The notes under the pieces are model-generated. The model searched no databases and was not told where the DNA came from. It worked only from the letters and a program-made list of their open reading frames with translations. A DNA stretch of 64,000 nt, taken from Octopus sinensis (Eukaryota). This document shows, one piece after another, positions 1 through 12,469 of this stretch (the first letter of the stretch is position 1; every line of letters begins with the position of its first letter). The DNA lies in contig NC_043000.1 in assembly GCF_006345805.1 (NCBI RefSeq), positions 31,868,001-31,932,000 on the forward strand. Reading direction: 5' to 3'. A program made the position numbers and the translations under genes.

Positions 1-51
1 TACCGCTGAGCATTTCGCCTGACGTGCTAACGATTCTCTCAGCCCGCCGCC
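1..51 (-). mobile_element. SINE family B, 5' head (cut by window edge)
   Basis: Reverse complement resembles the GGCGGCGAGCTGGCAGAA...GAAATGCTTAGCGGTA head of the copies at 11.0, 33.3, 55.3 and 59.1 kb. Confidence 0.75.
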
Positions 52-289
52 TTAAAATATATCCTGCTTAAAGTGAAAGTAAGGCTGTCAAAAAACGCAA
101 TGAAAAGAGGCGCAGAAGTTATATTTCCACCTTTTGCATTGGATGTGTATGGCTATCTTTCAGCAAAGCTTTCTTGACCCCCAGCTGATCTTCTGCCATC
201 AGTTTGGTCAGTGCCTTTTACTTTTCTTTTTTTACATGTTTATGGTCCTATAAGTGTTTTCTTCCGCCCCGGGACGTACTTTTTAAAGA

Positions 290-550
290 CCGGAACTTAT
301 CGATATCTTAAACCGAACTGCTATGTTACGGGGACGTAAACACACCAAAGCCGGTTTTCATGCGGTGGTGGGGGACAAACACAGACACGCATGCACACAC
401 ACACACACAAAACACACACACACACACATACACACACACACCGGTAAACTGGAGCCAAGTGAGATGAACTCCGTTGCTCAAAGATATTGCGTTACATGGA
501 GCTAGAATTGAACCCAAGATGTACGTCTTAACAACTGAGCCACGCGCCGT
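290..550 (-). mobile_element. Degraded SINE family A
   Basis: AAGTTACGGGGACGTAAACACACC-like body, (CA)n, and a tRNA-like head with a B-box-like GGTTCAATTC on the minus strand. Confidence 0.55.
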
Positions 551-779
551 CGTATAAGAATAAACTACAAGAAATAACAATGCTTGGAGTCGAAATAATG
601 CTTTTGCATGTGCGCGCTGTTTCGTTGTAGACGCTCAGTATTTGATATACATTTACATACACACATACATTCATACATATACGAGTAAGCACATAAATAT
701 GAAACAGGGGGGGATATAACTCGAATACCGGAGGTAGAGTATTCCACGATCGGGAACGTGAAACTCTGAGTAGCAGTTT

Positions 780-1760
780 TTGTGATAATTTTTGTGATAA
801 TCGATACTAATTAAAAGGCATTACCCAATATCATTAATAGATGATGGCATTAAACGAGCTAAGGAAATAGATATACGAACATTATGGGAAGTCAACCAAA
901 ATACTAAACCAGACTTAAAAATACTCCCATACATCTCCACACATAACCCTAGAAACAATGAAGCCTTTAGCATTATCATCCGAAATCTACCCATCCTCAC
1001 AGGAGATAAAACAATGAACAAAATTTTAGGCTCACACAAAATTATCAAAAGCAAAATGCAACGTAAATCATTGAAAAAAATATTAACCAGCGCAAGACTA
1101 TATCCCTTAACAACAGAGCCAAAAGTGAAAAAAATGTGGTCGACCTAATTGTGGTAATGCCCCCATCTTTTGGAGGGTTCAGAGCTCCACTTTACACAAG
1201 ATGAAACATTTAAGATTAAATCAAATTTCACCTGTGCCTCGGGAAATTTAATCTATGCCATTACATGCTTAGGATGTGGTAATAATTACATTGGCCAAAC
1301 AGGAATATCACTCCGTCAAAGAACCACTCTCCACAAAGAACAAATCCGCCACCCACAATACAGAAAGATACAGGTCAGTGAACACATAGAAAGGTGTGCT
1401 AAGAATCTTAATCCTAATTTCCTAATTTCCCCTTCTATCAATGTTCACAGAACACCTCAGTACAACAAAGAATGAATAAAGAGGCAACTTTCATCAATAA
1501 ATATCTTCCACAACTCAATATGAACACATAACATAATACAGAACACTACTAACCTTTCAATTAATACCCCTAACCCCCATACGTCCCATACACCATTCAC
1601 ATTACAGATCTATATCTACCCTAATTGCACCAAATCCAGAACTACTTACCTCCCTTAAACATTATCTTTTTACTCAGGGACTAGTAGACCTGACACCGTT
1701 CAGTAATCGGTGTGCATTCCAAGTAATGATTAGTAATTTTACGAAACCGGTATGCTTTTG
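780..1760 (+). mobile_element. Penelope-like element 3' part (linker, GIY-YIG endonuclease, 3' region), frameshifted
   Basis: ORF 1170-1475 reads FTCASGNLIYAITCLGCGNNYIGQTGISLRQRTTLHKEQ (GIY-YIG with CxxC). Upstream frame reads PYISTHNPRNNEAFSIIIRNLPIL. Same family as the 21.3 kb copy. Confidence 0.9.
1721..1757 (+). ncRNA. Degenerate type I hammerhead ribozyme in the PLE 3' region
   Basis: AAGTA-ATGATTA-GTA(ATTT)TAC-GAAA-CCGG-TA-TGCTT. Stems I and II and palindromic ACCGGT are retained; the core has two substitutions versus CTGANGA. Confidence 0.5.
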
Positions 1761-1960
1761 AATCTCTTTAACAAATCACAATAATGGCTTTTATTACTTT
1801 TATTCCTACCTCAGTTCATCTAACTGTTTATATCTATCGTTACTTTTCATAAAAAGCCTTTAATTTTTTTGATTTACAATGTGCATTTTCGCTTATTTTT
1901 CTTCTTACTTTCCCCTTACATTTCCATTGTAGTTTCTATTTTCTTTTTGTAACATATTTC

Positions 1961-2022
<62 letters not shown>

Positions 2023-2103
2023 TCTGTGTGTGTGTGTGTTGTGTGTGTGTGTGTGTATGTATATATATGTATATATATATATATATATAGATATATAGAT
2101 AGA

Positions 2104-2135
<32 letters not shown>

Positions 2136-2824
2136 CACATATATACATGCATAAATAGGTATCACACACATGCACACCTAGACATACTAGATGTATACAC
2201 ACACAAGCGTTGTTTCATCATTCATTTACATAAAGAATATAAAAAAACCTCTTTTGAGAAGCAATGAAATTAATAACAACTTTTAGAGCTACAAAAAACG
2301 TGTTACATTAACAAAAACTAATTAAATATAAAACATCTTGTTAATCACAACTAACTCTCGGCGGCATTATGTATATATGTGTGTGTGTGTGTGTGTGTAT
2401 GCATATATGTATGTGTGTGTGTATAAATACACACACATGTACGTATATCTATATATATTCAACTTAAATACTGCGGTACTATACACGTACATCGTACATT
2501 CAACTCACATGCACGTGCACACGTACACACAGGCACAGATACGTGTGTCGTGTGGTGAGGTGTGTGTGTGCGTGTGTCTGCGCGTACGTGTGTGTGTGTG
2601 TGAGTGTGTGTAATATGTTTATGAATATACCGCAGTGTCTGATCAGAAATATATATATGAAATGCCTACTTCAGTTCCTTTTGCTTAACCAGATTTGTTT
2701 TGTAAAATTCGGCGGTGCCCAGGCATGACCATGTTACAATAAGATAAAATATGTATGAATATATATATATATATATAATGATATATATAATCATATATAA
2801 TATATATAGGGCATTTTCCCTTCC

Positions 2825-2858
<34 letters not shown>

Positions 2859-2900
2859 GTGTGTGTGTGTGTGTGTTGTGTGTGTGTGTGTGTGTGTGTG

Positions 2901-2934
<34 letters not shown>

Positions 2935-3019
2935 GTGTGTGTGTGTGTGCGTGCGCGCGCGTGTGTGTGTGTATTATGTATGTAAGGCTGGGGTTGGAAA
3001 AAATTCATCTTCAGCCCAA

Positions 3020-3790
3020 TATGAAAACCTGCATTGAAAATCCAAGACCTGCAGAGGAACAGTGGGTAATCAAATAAATAAAATATAACCCCCAAATTTT
3101 CTCTTCATATACAAATAGGCATAGGACTGCTGTTTCACCCATTGTTCCATTGATCGATGATAACGGCATTCCCAACGCGATGCTAAAGAAATGGCAGAAG
3201 TACTGCAGAAACAATACAGCTCTGTCTTTAGTGATGTGAACGAAGTCGATCTTCAACATATAATCTCGGGCATAGCCTTTTCTGGTTCAGACATCGTAGC
3301 AGCAATAAATGAGATCAAATATTATTCTGCTGTAGGCCCTGATAGATTCCCCGCTAGTCTCTTGAAGGAATGTAGACACCAACCTGCAGTCCCCTCTAAC
3401 CAACCTCTGGAGAAATTATTTAGACTCAGGTTATATGCCGAAACAGTTCGTATCGCAGTTTGTCATTCCGGTTTTCAAACAGGGAAACAAATCCCTTGCA
3501 GTCAACTATCGCCCAATCTCAATCACCTCCCGTATCATTAATGCTTGAAAGAATGGTGAGATCAAGGATATCTGACTTCCGGGAGAATCACAATCTCCTA
3601 AGCTGAAAGGAGCATAGCTTTCGCTGCGGCAAGAACTGTCTAACACACCTCTCACACCACAACCTGAGCTAAGGTTCCAACTCTGATACCCTGTATCTTG
3701 ACTTCAGTAAAGCGTTCGACAGATTTGGCCACAATATCTTACTGTCAAAATTATCAAATCCTGGAATCCGTGGAAAACTGCTACACTGGA
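3020..3790 (+). mobile_element. CR1/Jockey-group LINE reverse transcriptase fragment
   Basis: Frameshifted RT motifs: AVGPDRFPASLLKEC, NYRPIS, and YLDFSKAFD followed by GHNILLSKL. Confidence 0.85.
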
Positions 3791-3799
3791 CTGAGCTAA

Positions 3800-3890
3800 C
3801 CCCTGCCAGAATCGAACCCACGAATCAACGCTAACATGTCTCCTTGCGCATTCGACTGGGCCAAACGCTCGGCCATTGAGTCACACTGTT
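3800..3890 (-). other. tRNA-like head (SINE head or tRNA pseudogene)
   Basis: Minus strand has A-box-like TGGCCGAGCG and B-box GGTTCGATTC; I could not build a clean cloverleaf. Confidence 0.4.
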
Positions 3891-4580
3891 GCTTCTGCTA
3901 AATATTAATAAAAATATTTTTATACTCATATTTTGACTTCTATTTTTCCTCATTGTATTACTTTATATCTATTGTCCACTTTTTGGTGGCGTCAACAGCG
4001 AGAAGCTGCCGGGAATAAGCGAGGGACAGTGGGGACAGTGACGAAAACAAACACGACACAAATGTGAATATAAAAGCAGCACAAAATAAATATACAAACA
4101 AAATATGGCTGTGCAGCTCTAAGAAGATACGAATATATGGGTAACGCAAAGAACGGGAAAATGCCCTATAGAACTAGAAAAGGAAAAGAGGGCAGATGGG
4201 AAAATAGATCGAAAGGTGAAAAAGAAAAAAAAACAACAACAAACCATGTTGAAAATAGAGAAGGAAGCGAGAGAAACATGACTGAGCGAGTTAATGGTCA
4301 GGCGAAAAAGACGATAAGAGAGATGAGAAAGGTTACGGGTCACGTGGTAGAAGAGAGAAAGAGTGGAGGGTAGAGAGAGAGAAAGCAACAGAGGGGTAAG
4401 TTGGTGAGAGATGGAAGGAGAGAGAGAGACAGTAAAGCAAAGGAGAAAGAAAGACAGAGACAAAAATGTTCCAAAATTTAAGCAGAAACACACACACACA
4501 CACTCATGTGCACACAAACACATACACACCCACACACACACCACACACACACATATATATATATGTAGATTATATAATAT

Positions 4581-4630
<50 letters not shown>

Positions 4631-5112
4631 GACATCGTGCTTATAGATAATTTTGTAAATGGACATACAGTATACACATGCGGTTAATAGGCCTCGTTGT
4701 TGAAATAGCCCCCGTGTTTAAACTAAAGAGGCCTTTTTCCCCCTCTCTCTCTTTTCTCTTCATCTCTTTCTCTTTCCTTCTGTTTCTTTCTCTTTTTCTC
4801 ACTTTCTCTCTTTCTCCAGTTTCCCCAGCTCATCACCCGTTTTATGCACAGTAAAATAGAAAGAGAATGAGAGAGTGAGAGAGGCGAAAGAGGAAGAGAA
4901 GGAGACAGAGAGTGACAGAATTCTCAGGTTTAACTACAAGCCTGTTTCTGTAAAAGAGGCTAAATGTGTTTCTTCAGTTTTTATATATATTTGTAAGTAT
5001 ATTAAATATGTGATTTAACTTATAAAACAAAGTTTAACAAATTCAGTCATATTTTTTCATAAATGGAGGAGATTAGATGTTAATATGGATTGAAGTTATT
5101 TTAATTCATGTA

Positions 5113-5186
5113 GCTATACGATCGTTTCATACAGAAAGACAAGAAATTTTAGGAATCTAGGTTGTCAAAAAGTATTCGTCAGTAGC
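5113..5186 (-). ncRNA. Type I hammerhead ribozyme, intact core, 47-nt stem II domain
   Basis: Minus strand: GCTA-CTGACGA-ATAC...GACAA...TTGTC...GTAT-GAAAC-GATC-GTA-TAGC. Stem I is 4 bp; stem III is palindromic ACGATCGT. Confidence 0.75.
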
Positions 5187-5189
5187 AAA

Positions 5190-6000
5190 AATTAAGGAAA
5201 GGCAAAAAAGCTAAAAAGACGTTAGAATTACGTAGGTATGGTGTTCGTAATGTGTAATTGTTTCTAGAGACATATTTATTTAAAACAAGACTGAAGGGTC
5301 TCAGTTGAGTGTTGCTGTATATAAAAAATTAATAAGGGTTACATTCTCTCTATAGATTAATATAACGGAGCTAATTTTAAATTCCCATATACGAAATTAA
5401 AAAAACCAGGTGGGGTTGTATTTAACGGAAAAAGACTAACCAAATAAGGGAGTGTGGAATTTTAAATACTGGGGACTAAAATATATATTTAACCGCCAAT
5501 AATCAATAATGCTTAGATATTAGTTTGAAAAAATGTTTAATAACAATTATAAATAGTTTGTGGTATATAAACTATAAACTTTATAATAAAAATGTTTTAT
5601 GTAAATAATGTTTAATTTTTATAGGAGATAAGTATAGTTAAATTTGTAGAAGGTTATTTTATAAGGTATGTACTAAAAGATGGTTAATAAAACAAATATA
5701 AACATTTTTTAATAATAAATAAATATATGAAGATGAGGAGGTATTTACTTACTTTATCCACTTCTAAAAACTATGAATGATCTATAGAACGGTATAAAGA
5801 AGTTATATATATCGAAAAAAGTTGTGAATAATTTAGGGGAAAAGAAAAAATTCAAAATTATGAAGTGTAGGGGAGATGACACTAAAGGGAAAAATTATCT
5901 TGCTTATATTTGTTGTGGTAATGAAGAAAAAATGAAAATTAATGACATCATATGTAGATTGATGTGCACACGCCAAAAAAATGTGTCATACATAGCTTTA
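5190..6000 (-). mobile_element. Probable decayed PLE 3' region upstream of the HHR
   Basis: Strong strand asymmetry (C-poor plus strand) like other PLE 3' regions here, and it adjoins an HHR; no ORF is recognisable. Confidence 0.35.
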
Positions 6001-6546
6001 TATTTTAGGGTTAATGCTTGTACATACCGGTTCAAAGATATATGTATATAAACGAAAGAAACAGATACCTATACATACGTTAATGTATATATACTCCATA
6101 CATAACAATAACATACAGATACACTTATAGAGGGAATACTATAACTAATGTATACACATGTTCATAAATAATGTTTATATATATACAGGCCTGAATGTAT
6201 AATGGTCATGTAAGTTTACATACGTGCAAACATACATTATTACACTACAAAAAAACCTATGTACATTATAATAATATATAAGAATTTTAATATTCAAAAC
6301 TTGTTTAAAATATAAACATTTTTATAAATAAATAGTTATAAAACCGGGTTGCTAAAATTATATATATAATATAAATAATAATATTTTATAAAATAGATAT
6401 TTATATACAGAGAGGATATCACAAGAAGATACTTATGTATAATTTTTATATACTCAAAAATGCTTCTGTACATATGTGTAAAAATATCCAGCTACATGAT
6501 ATGCAATTAGATATGTGGAGATATATACATATATATATATATATAA

Positions 6547-6751
6547 AGTTAATCCAAACAAGAAAGCACAAAAAACACAACAACGCGAGGACGTGGAACA
6601 AATATAGTATTATTGGACGCTCAGGAAAGAAGGAAGGAAAGAAGGAGGGTTCAACGTTTCGAGCGGAGCTCTTCGTCGGAAACATAGGAGAAGGAAAGAT
6701 CCAGAGAAGGGAAGACAGAGGGAAAAAAATCGCTAACGGTACACACGCGGT

Positions 6752-6757
<6 letters not shown>
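6547..6757 (-). mobile_element. Short HHR-bearing dispersed repeat X, copy 1
   Basis: Closely similar to 18371-18582; HHR-like CCGACGA-A-GAG(CTCCG)CTC-GAAAC-GTT at 6649-6683. Confidence 0.75.
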
Positions 6758-6791
<34 letters not shown>

Positions 6792-7225
6792 AGATAAAAA
6801 TCTAAGGCTGTGAAAGATTTCAGAACATTTATAAAGATAAGGTCTTACGGTTCGAGAAAATGGTTAAGCAATAGTTATTCTAGAGAAGATATGAAATAGA
6901 GAGCGAAGTAGAGGAATGAAAACAGACGTAGAGGGATATTTTATCTGCAGTTCCATTATTTAAGCATAATGGTATACATATAAGATTCCTGTACCTTGCG
7001 TGTAAGTTCTAATAGTATTTAAAATTGGTCATTCCAAGCACAGAGTTTGTAAACCGTGTTATTGGATTGAGCCTTGTATTTTTATCTCATTCTGTTAATT
7101 TTTTATATACATGCATGCTAATATATGACCTACGTCGGACTCCTCATTCGCATAATCACTAGAGCTTAACTATAGTCTGTCCATAGCACTTACTCAGCAT
7201 TACATGACACCTTTGGGCCTTCTTG

Positions 7226-7276
<51 letters not shown>

Positions 7277-7569
7277 AACACATCTACACACATATATACA
7301 TACATTCACATCTACATAGATATATGCACATAAGTACATACATACGCTTGGCAACATACATACTGATACATACAAATTAAAATATATATGTATATACACA
7401 TATATACATACAAATGAGCACACATATATATACCAATACAAAATTACTCGTGCACACGCAGAAGATTATAAATAACTTAATATATATACAGGTATGTTGG
7501 GGAAGAAAGATACGCCTACAAATAGATATTGAAGAAAACATATAGAAATAGGTCTACAACCGCATGCAT

Positions 7570-7642
<73 letters not shown>

Positions 7643-7890
7643 CACACATACATATACATACGGACATTTACATGCACATTGATAATACAGATAAAGGCAG
7701 ATTATGTATATGTATATAGACGCATATGCATGCACATACATACATGCATGTATACATACATACATGCATATACATATATATACATACGTATATACACCTA
7801 CATATACGTCCATATATACATACCTGTGTACCAGTACTAGTTTTACTAGTATGCATGCATAAGTATATGAGTAATTAATTTATATACATA

Positions 7891-8234
7891 CAAGCACTAT
7901 GACCCGGCATGCATATACAGCTGCGTGCGTGCGCACATACACGCGAGTACTGTCCCAATCTCCGACCAGTCACATACAGCTAGCTGGCATTCAATTGGCG
8001 TACCAAGTTTCGGGCATTTTGATTGGGTTTTGGATAGAAAATTCACAAAAAAGTCACTTCTATTGATTTTTTAATGGCTTTGCGGGGTGACTGGGGAAAT
8101 GTAAAGATGTGCACGACCACCCTTGAACGGTTTTGAATGACCATAGAAAGTGCGAGCCCTCTCACTGAAAAATTGTGGATTTGTATAAAGGACACACACA
8201 CAGGCAGACATTTTGCCGTTTATATATAGAGAGA
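7891..8234 (-). mobile_element. Non-autonomous Helitron, degraded
   Basis: Minus strand begins A|TCTCTCTATATATAAACGGC and ends ...GCCGGGTCATAGTGCTTG (hairpin remnant plus mutated CTAG). Confidence 0.5.
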
Positions 8235-9230
8235 TATTTAGGCATGTTGGGATATATATATACACACAAACAGATATTTAAATAAGCATATAGACAAACA
8301 AGAAACAAAACTACATAAGTACATACAAATCGATATATATATATATAGATAGATACACATGATACATATATGGCCATATATACGTAGATGTCCTTCAGAT
8401 ATCATTATTAAGTAATATTAAATAACATAATTAGATAATACTATTAAATATAAGAAAGTAATATGTTATTTAGATTAATAAAGGAATAATTAGTGTGATC
8501 TTAAATGATATTAAACAATGTTATTTTAGATTAGTGTAAAGGAATTTCGTCATGCGTTTACATGAAACACTTTTTTATCCCTTATATTTACGAGGTTTCC
8601 TTTCATCTTCATTATTTTATTGTTTTCTTCAAGGCATAATCTACAGAATTTACTGTTAATTTTGAAAGAAGATGCAAATGATAGAATTTTCCAAGTAATT
8701 GTGAAATCAAAATTGTTTTTTTTTGTTTTTCTTTTTTTGAGGAGCCAAATTTTTTTTTTTTTTTTTGAGAGTCCAATACTGTTTATTTTGCTTTGATCCC
8801 TAAAAGTCGATTAGAGATTCGAAATTCTTGATTTGACCCAGTTTTGTGTACATCCGATATAATGATATTCTGATTGAATCTTCCATGTGTTAGCATGTAC
8901 CTCCTTGTGACAATGTAAACTTTCATTTAATCAAGATACCCTTGGCCTAAAAAGTAGCCTGCAGTATACACCTCGCTTGGATATTTACCACTTCTGAGGT
9001 TCCGCTCGCTCTGAAACATGTGTAGCCCGGATTTTATCTACTCAATTCTTTAACTCTTGCATATTATTATTGGCTTGTCCATGACCATGTAACTTGGCAG
9101 TTCGTCAAAAAATAACGATAGACTAAGTACTAGGCTTGAAAAGTACTGGGGTTGATTTGTTCGACTAAAAATTCTTTACGACTCCAGCCCGGTGTAGTCC
9201 AATTGCTGAAATAATTAGAAGATAAAAGAC

Positions 9231-9298
<68 letters not shown>

Positions 9299-9615
9299 AT
9301 ATGTACGTATGTACGTATGTACGTATGTATGTACGTATGTATGTATGTATGTATGTATGTATGTATGTATGTATGTATGTATGTATGTATGTATGTATGT
9401 ATGTATGTATGTATGTATAATTAATATGGACAGCAGTTCGCAATGTTTCACTAAAATGGAAAACTGTAATTGTCATTAAATGTGACTAGGGTGTTAGAAA
9501 CACTTACATTGCTAAAAAATAATAGCTAAAATGCTTTAATGCAGTAGTCAAAGCACATTATTGTATAGATATCTGCTGACAGGGACTGTTATCGTCCGAA
9601 AACACCGTTCGAATA

Positions 9616-9780
9616 CAAGGTGTGTCCAAAATATATCCGACTGATGATGCATGGGCAAATGACACCACCCTCTCCACTAACGTATACAATTTTTTGCGCC
9701 TGTAAGCCACGTCTACTCCCGGCTGTTTCGCCTGGAGTGCACACGTGTAGTGTGCGCTCTTCTGATGACAGAATGTAGGA
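9616..9780. mobile_element. Possible mariner-like terminal fragment
   Basis: TA|CAAGGTGTGTCCAAAATATATCCGAC resembles mariner TIRs; no partner TIR found. Confidence 0.3.
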
Positions 9781-9887
9781 TTATATTTGCGTATATATGC
9801 TTACATGTGTGTGTGTGTGTGTGAGTTTGTTTGTATATATACATTTGTGCATATAATTTGTGTGTGTATATATATGTGTATGTATAT

Positions 9888-9946
<59 letters not shown>

Positions 9947-10808
9947 TATATATATACAACATTAATGTTCATAAGCATATATGCCTTCACATGTTTATGA
10001 ATATGTATATATGTGTGTGCATGTGTGTGTTCGTGTTCGTGTGCGTGCGCGCGCATATGTGTATGTTGTATGTGTGTGTGTGTACATGTTATAGAATAGA
10101 ATATATTTATTCTCAACATTGGTTAACACGCAAACGAGTCCCAAGAAGTAACAGACACATTGATGGAGTCTCTATCTCAAAATTGTGGTAAGAGTTTCAC
10201 CTCAATGGCCTTTCCATCGATTTTCCTTATAAACTGTACTGAATATTGGCATGATTAATAGAATGGAAGCTTCTAGAAGTATAATGAAATTTTCAGGTGA
10301 AAGACAAAGTATACACTGATATAAAGAAAATATTCCCTGCAGACTTTAAAGAAATGGTCAATGGAACTTCTACCGACATCATGATGTTTTCGATTCTGTT
10401 GAACCCTGATTGAGTAAATTCTATGACTTCGGATACCCGGCGTTGCCATACTGTCTTTTTATTTAGACAGCGTATAGCCAGGGTTACATTATCTCGTCTT
10501 ATATACACACACACACACACGCACACACACATATGTACATGCATACACATACATACACGCATATGCACACACGCACACACACACACACACATATTGTCAT
10601 TTACACCTACATATGCATACACATACGGATTTACTGATCATACACGAGGAGTTACCGTGGATGTTAATTCAATTTAAATTTAGTGGTATCTGATTGTTTG
10701 ATGTAGTTAACCATGTCTGCTTAATACTGGGTCTTTTCTATATAGCCTCCTATCGCTTTTAAATGTGTCTGTGTGTGTGTGTGTGGGGGGGGGGGGTATT
10801 TGTGTATA

Positions 10809-11709
10809 CTGTATTTACCGGCGTATAAAACGCGTTTTTCTTTAATTCTTTAATTATCCCAAAATTGCCCGACTTGTAATGCGGTTGTGTTATTACAGAG
10901 GGGTTGTGGTAGCGTAAGAAACTGCATGATCATCTCCTCCCCAGGATATATTACCAACACCTGATATGTGTCTTACATTATCTATTTCTTTACTACCCAC
11001 AAGGGGCTAAACACAGAGAGGACAAACAAGGACAGAGAAACGGATTAAGTCGATTACATCGACACCAGTACGTAACTGGTACTTAATTTATCGACCCCGG
11101 AAGGATGAAAGGCAAAGTCGACCTCGGCGGAATTTGAACTCAGAATGCAGCGTCGGACGAAGTATCACAATGCATTTCGCCCGGTGTGCTAACGTTTCTG
11201 CCAGCTCGCCGCCTTGTGTCTTACATTATCATGTAACTCTGTTGCCTTTTAGAAACATTTTTTAATTGTCTAATTAAAGAATTCTAGAAAGATGGTATGA
11301 ATGGTAAGTTTTCATCCGTCTCTCAGCTATTGGCAGCAAGTGGATGAGAAGCAAAACATAATGGCCAATAACTGTCTCACAGAACATCACAACCAGAAAT
11401 ACAATTGTTGCCTCCTATCTGGCAATTCTCTTAACCGAAATATTAACAACTAAAGATGATCTGAAAGCAAATAAAAATTGATAGTTGCTCCTCGTATTTA
11501 TGGCTTCATATTTCATTCTTGTTTAATATCACAATATATTTACATGCACAGAATCTACTTTTCCCTCTTACAAAGACCACTTTAAAACATCTTTCAATGA
11601 GTGTATAATGAAACGTACAAACATACCAAATTTATTTTTTCTACAAAACTCTTGGAAAGTAGGGGTGCATCTTATACCCGGGTGCATCGCATACGCAGGC
11701 AAATACGGG
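10809..11709. mobile_element. pogo/Tigger-like internally deleted DNA transposon (MITE)
   Basis: TIRs CTGTATTTACCGGCGTAT and reverse complement CCGTATTTGCCTGCGTAT; TA on both flanks. Confidence 0.7.
10983..11214 (-). mobile_element. SINE family B, full length, nested in the MITE
   Basis: Complete head and tail; 16-bp TSD TGTGTCTTACATTATC at 10967-10982 and 11215-11230. Confidence 0.92.
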
Positions 11710-11882
11710 TATATAAATTTCTATTTATAAAACGATGGAGTGTAATTTGAGGAGAACATTTAAATATTTTTCGTGATAAGTCGAATGACAATGTTGAAGT
11801 TACCCCGGTGGCTTCCAGATTCAATGGAAATGGCGAAGTTGCTCACAGTTTTTAAGTCACAAAACTTCGTTCCCTTATTGAC

Positions 11883-12050
11883 CGAAAATAAGCATAGGAG
11901 TTCCTAAATAACTACAACGATACCTTCATAGCTACAGAGCGACTTAAGTAACCATAGTGAAGCCTAAATAGTCATATAGGGGCTTAAACGAACATGCAGT
12001 AACTTAAATAAGCATACATTGGCTTACATAATCACAGGGTGACTTTAAAA
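11883..12050. repeat. Degenerate 20-bp minisatellite, about 8 units
   Basis: Units start at 11883, 11903, 11923 and so on to 12043, loosely CYTAAATAASCATA-like, with no phase shifts. Confidence 0.7.
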
Positions 12051-12180
12051 ACCTGCCAGTCGTTGTATAACGCAGTTCTAACATTACAAAAAGACAGGAT
12101 GATCACGGCTGAAACGGCTGTGATCTAAAGTTTTATCAGTCACGACTGACATGATTAAATATCATCATTACTATCATCAT

Positions 12181-12216
<36 letters not shown>

Positions 12217-12469
12217 ACTAACTAACTAACTAACTGTAAATAAGACCCAGATAAAACGCGTTAAGATTTGTTCAATTCTTATAGAGACAATAAATGCAAG
12301 TTCAATCATGGAACCTACAGCGTTGTTAACGAGAACTAATACCACTTCAGCGACATCAGTTTCCTAATGGCCAGGGGATTGATCAAACAGAATCGATCAG
12401 ATAATTAGCAACAACAGCAAGAATGGAGAAAAAAGATACCCCAGAGGTATTTTCATCATAAAACATGGT

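Noticed and set aside
4900-6400. Possible mitochondrial insertion (AT-rich, strand-skewed)
   Set aside because: I found no recognisable cox, cob, nad or atp motif in the frames tried; the HHR and skew fit a PLE 3' region better
9576-9612. CTGACAG-GGAC(TGTTATC)GTCC-GAAA hammerhead-like motif
   Set aside because: Core is scrambled and stems I and III cannot be formed
10293-10500. Minus-strand non-repetitive ORF segment as a host exon
   Set aside because: No recognisable domain or convincing splice signals, and the start lies in a microsatellite
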